From an uncultured bacterium (GTDB taxonomy: Bacteria > Abyssobacteria > SURF-5): a stretch of 34,618 nt of DNA. Every line of letters begins with the position of its first letter. The first letter of the stretch is position 1. The stretch covers positions 15,879 through 50,496 of the forward strand of contig CAZEBC010000004.1 of the NCBI GenBank assembly GCA_964510165.1, in the 5' to 3' direction. The notes beneath the pieces were generated by a model. It was given only the letters and a program-made list of their open reading frames with translations. It did no database searches and had not been told where the DNA came from. The position numbers and the translations under genes were made by a program. Below are positions 33,416 through 34,618 of the stretch, piece after piece.

Positions 33416-34453
33416 CTAAGGCGTCGCCTTCGCCTCGACCGGGATGACGGTGACCTCTCTCATTTCGCGGCCGCGGACGATCATGAGGGTGACCGCCTCC
33501 CCGATAGGCCATTCCGAAAGGAAACGGTGGATATCGTCCACGCTGGTGACAGGTTGGTCGCTGATGCGCACGATGAGATCGCCCTGCATGATGCCGGCGC
33601 GAGCGGCCGGGCCTTCTGAACTGACCGATACCACCTCGACCGCGAGATCGTCTTCAAGCTGATGGTAACGAGTGATACGACGGTCGAGCCGCCGCTGCTG
33701 GCCCGCGATGCCAAGGTATCCTCGGCGCACCCGGCCGTGCGTGAGCAGCTGCGAAACCACCCATTTGGCGGTGTTCGAGGGAATGGCGAACCCGATTCCC
33801 TGCGCCATCACGATGATGGCCGTGTTGACGCCGACGACGCGGCCCCGCGAATCCACCAGCGGGCCGCCGGAGTTGCCCGGATTGAGCGGCGCGGTATGCT
33901 GAACGATGTTTTCGATGAGGCGTCCCTCGCGGCTCCTGAGCGCTCGTCCGACGGCGCTCACGACCCCGGTTGACACGGTTGACTGAAAGCCGAACGGATT
34001 TCCGATCGCGATCACGAGCTGGCCCACCCTGAGCGAAGCGGAATCGCCGAGCGTCGCATACGGTAAGTTGGACCCGTTGGCGCGGATGATCGCGAGGTCT
34101 GTCGCAGGGTCGGTCCCGACGCGCTCGGCTGCGAGCGTGGTTCCGTCCTCGAATGTTGCCATCAGTTCATGCGTCGCGTTGACCACGTGGTCGTTGGTAA
34201 GGACGTAGCCGTCGGGCGCGATCACGACTCCCGAGCCGGCCCCAAGCTGATGCGGGCTTCGCTCGTCCCTCGCGGCGGAAATCCTGATGACCGCAGGCCC
34301 CACCGCCTCGACAACGGCGATGACCGCGCGCGAGTATGCGTCGAGAAGTTCGATGTCCGATACTTCGGCCATCGAAACCTCGGGATGCCCGTGGCCGGCG
34401 GTCGGCCCGTCATCGCTTATCAGCCTCAGCAGTTTTCTTCTCGGCTCGTCCAT
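33416..34453 (-). CDS. HtrA/DegP-like S1C serine protease with one PDZ domain, no signal peptide
   Basis: GSGVV, TNDHV (His), TDLA (Asp), NPGNSGGPL (Ser), GPAARAG PDZ; start uncertain (34372-34510). Confidence 0.92.
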   Translation of the reverse strand: MDEPRRKLLRLISDDGPTAGHGHPEVSMAEVSDIELLDAYSRAVIAVVEAVGPAVIRISAARDERSPHQLGAGSGVVIAPDGYVLTNDHVVNATHELMATFEDGTTLAAERVGTDPATDLAIIRANGSNLPYATLGDSASLRVGQLVIAIGNPFGFQSTVSTGVVSAVGRALRSREGRLIENIVQHTAPLNPGNSGGPLVDSRGRVVGVNTAIIVMAQGIGFAIPSNTAKWVVSQLLTHGRVRRGYLGIAGQQRRLDRRITRYHQLEDDLAVEVVSVSSEGPAARAGIMQGDLIVRISDQPVTSVDDIHRFLSEWPIGEAVTLMIVRGREMREVTVIPVEAKATP

Positions 34454-34618
34454 GTCAAGTTCCTGTTTGGAGGCTATTCCCTGATTCTGTAAGTGCCAAT
34501 TCGCTCGCACAATTGCAGGCGTGAAAACCTCTTTGTCTCCCCTCCCATTTCAAGTATCGCGAATAATCGGGGGAATCGCTATTCGTAAGGGAGTACCGAC
34601 AGGCGGAAGGCCGGTCTT

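Overview
This is a GC-rich bacterial chromosomal window, probably from a diderm anaerobe (inferred from TonB/ExbBD, Fe-S flavoenzymes and an AbfD-like enzyme; taxonomy cannot be fixed from the sequence alone). Left part: a cold-shock gene converges on a long minus-strand run, rnr-argC-argJ-argB-[~1000-aa TPR protein]-exbB-exbD-[TonB-like anchor lacking its C-terminal domain]-[small membrane Zn-ribbon protein]. Next is a minus-strand envelope-glycan cassette (GNAT, GT2, DUF2304, polysaccharide deacetylase). Middle: a plus-strand catabolic run with a DUF6599-like lipoprotein, Tat DUF362 protein, soluble FrdAB/SdhAB-like pair, exported alpha/beta hydrolase, AbfD-like radical dehydratase, crotonase-fold enzyme, thiolase and N-acyl-D-amino acid deacylase. 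Right part: ureohydrolase, single-domain response regulator, VOC protein, PqaA-like lipoprotein, acyl-CoA synthetase (NDP-forming) alpha-like protein, di-heme cytochrome c peroxidase, CBS protein and HtrA-like protease. I saw no rRNA, tRNA, CRISPR array or transposase. Intergenic regions carry several distinct palindromic or short-repeat families. The most notable items are: (1) an atypical TPR-ExbBD-mini-TonB-Zn-ribbon energy-transduction module; (2) a catabolic cluster whose enzymes appear to have systematically altered active sites; (3) terminator-like hairpins in the leaders of both csp and rnr, downstream of near-consensus promoters. All functional calls rest on motif recognition by eye; no database search was run.
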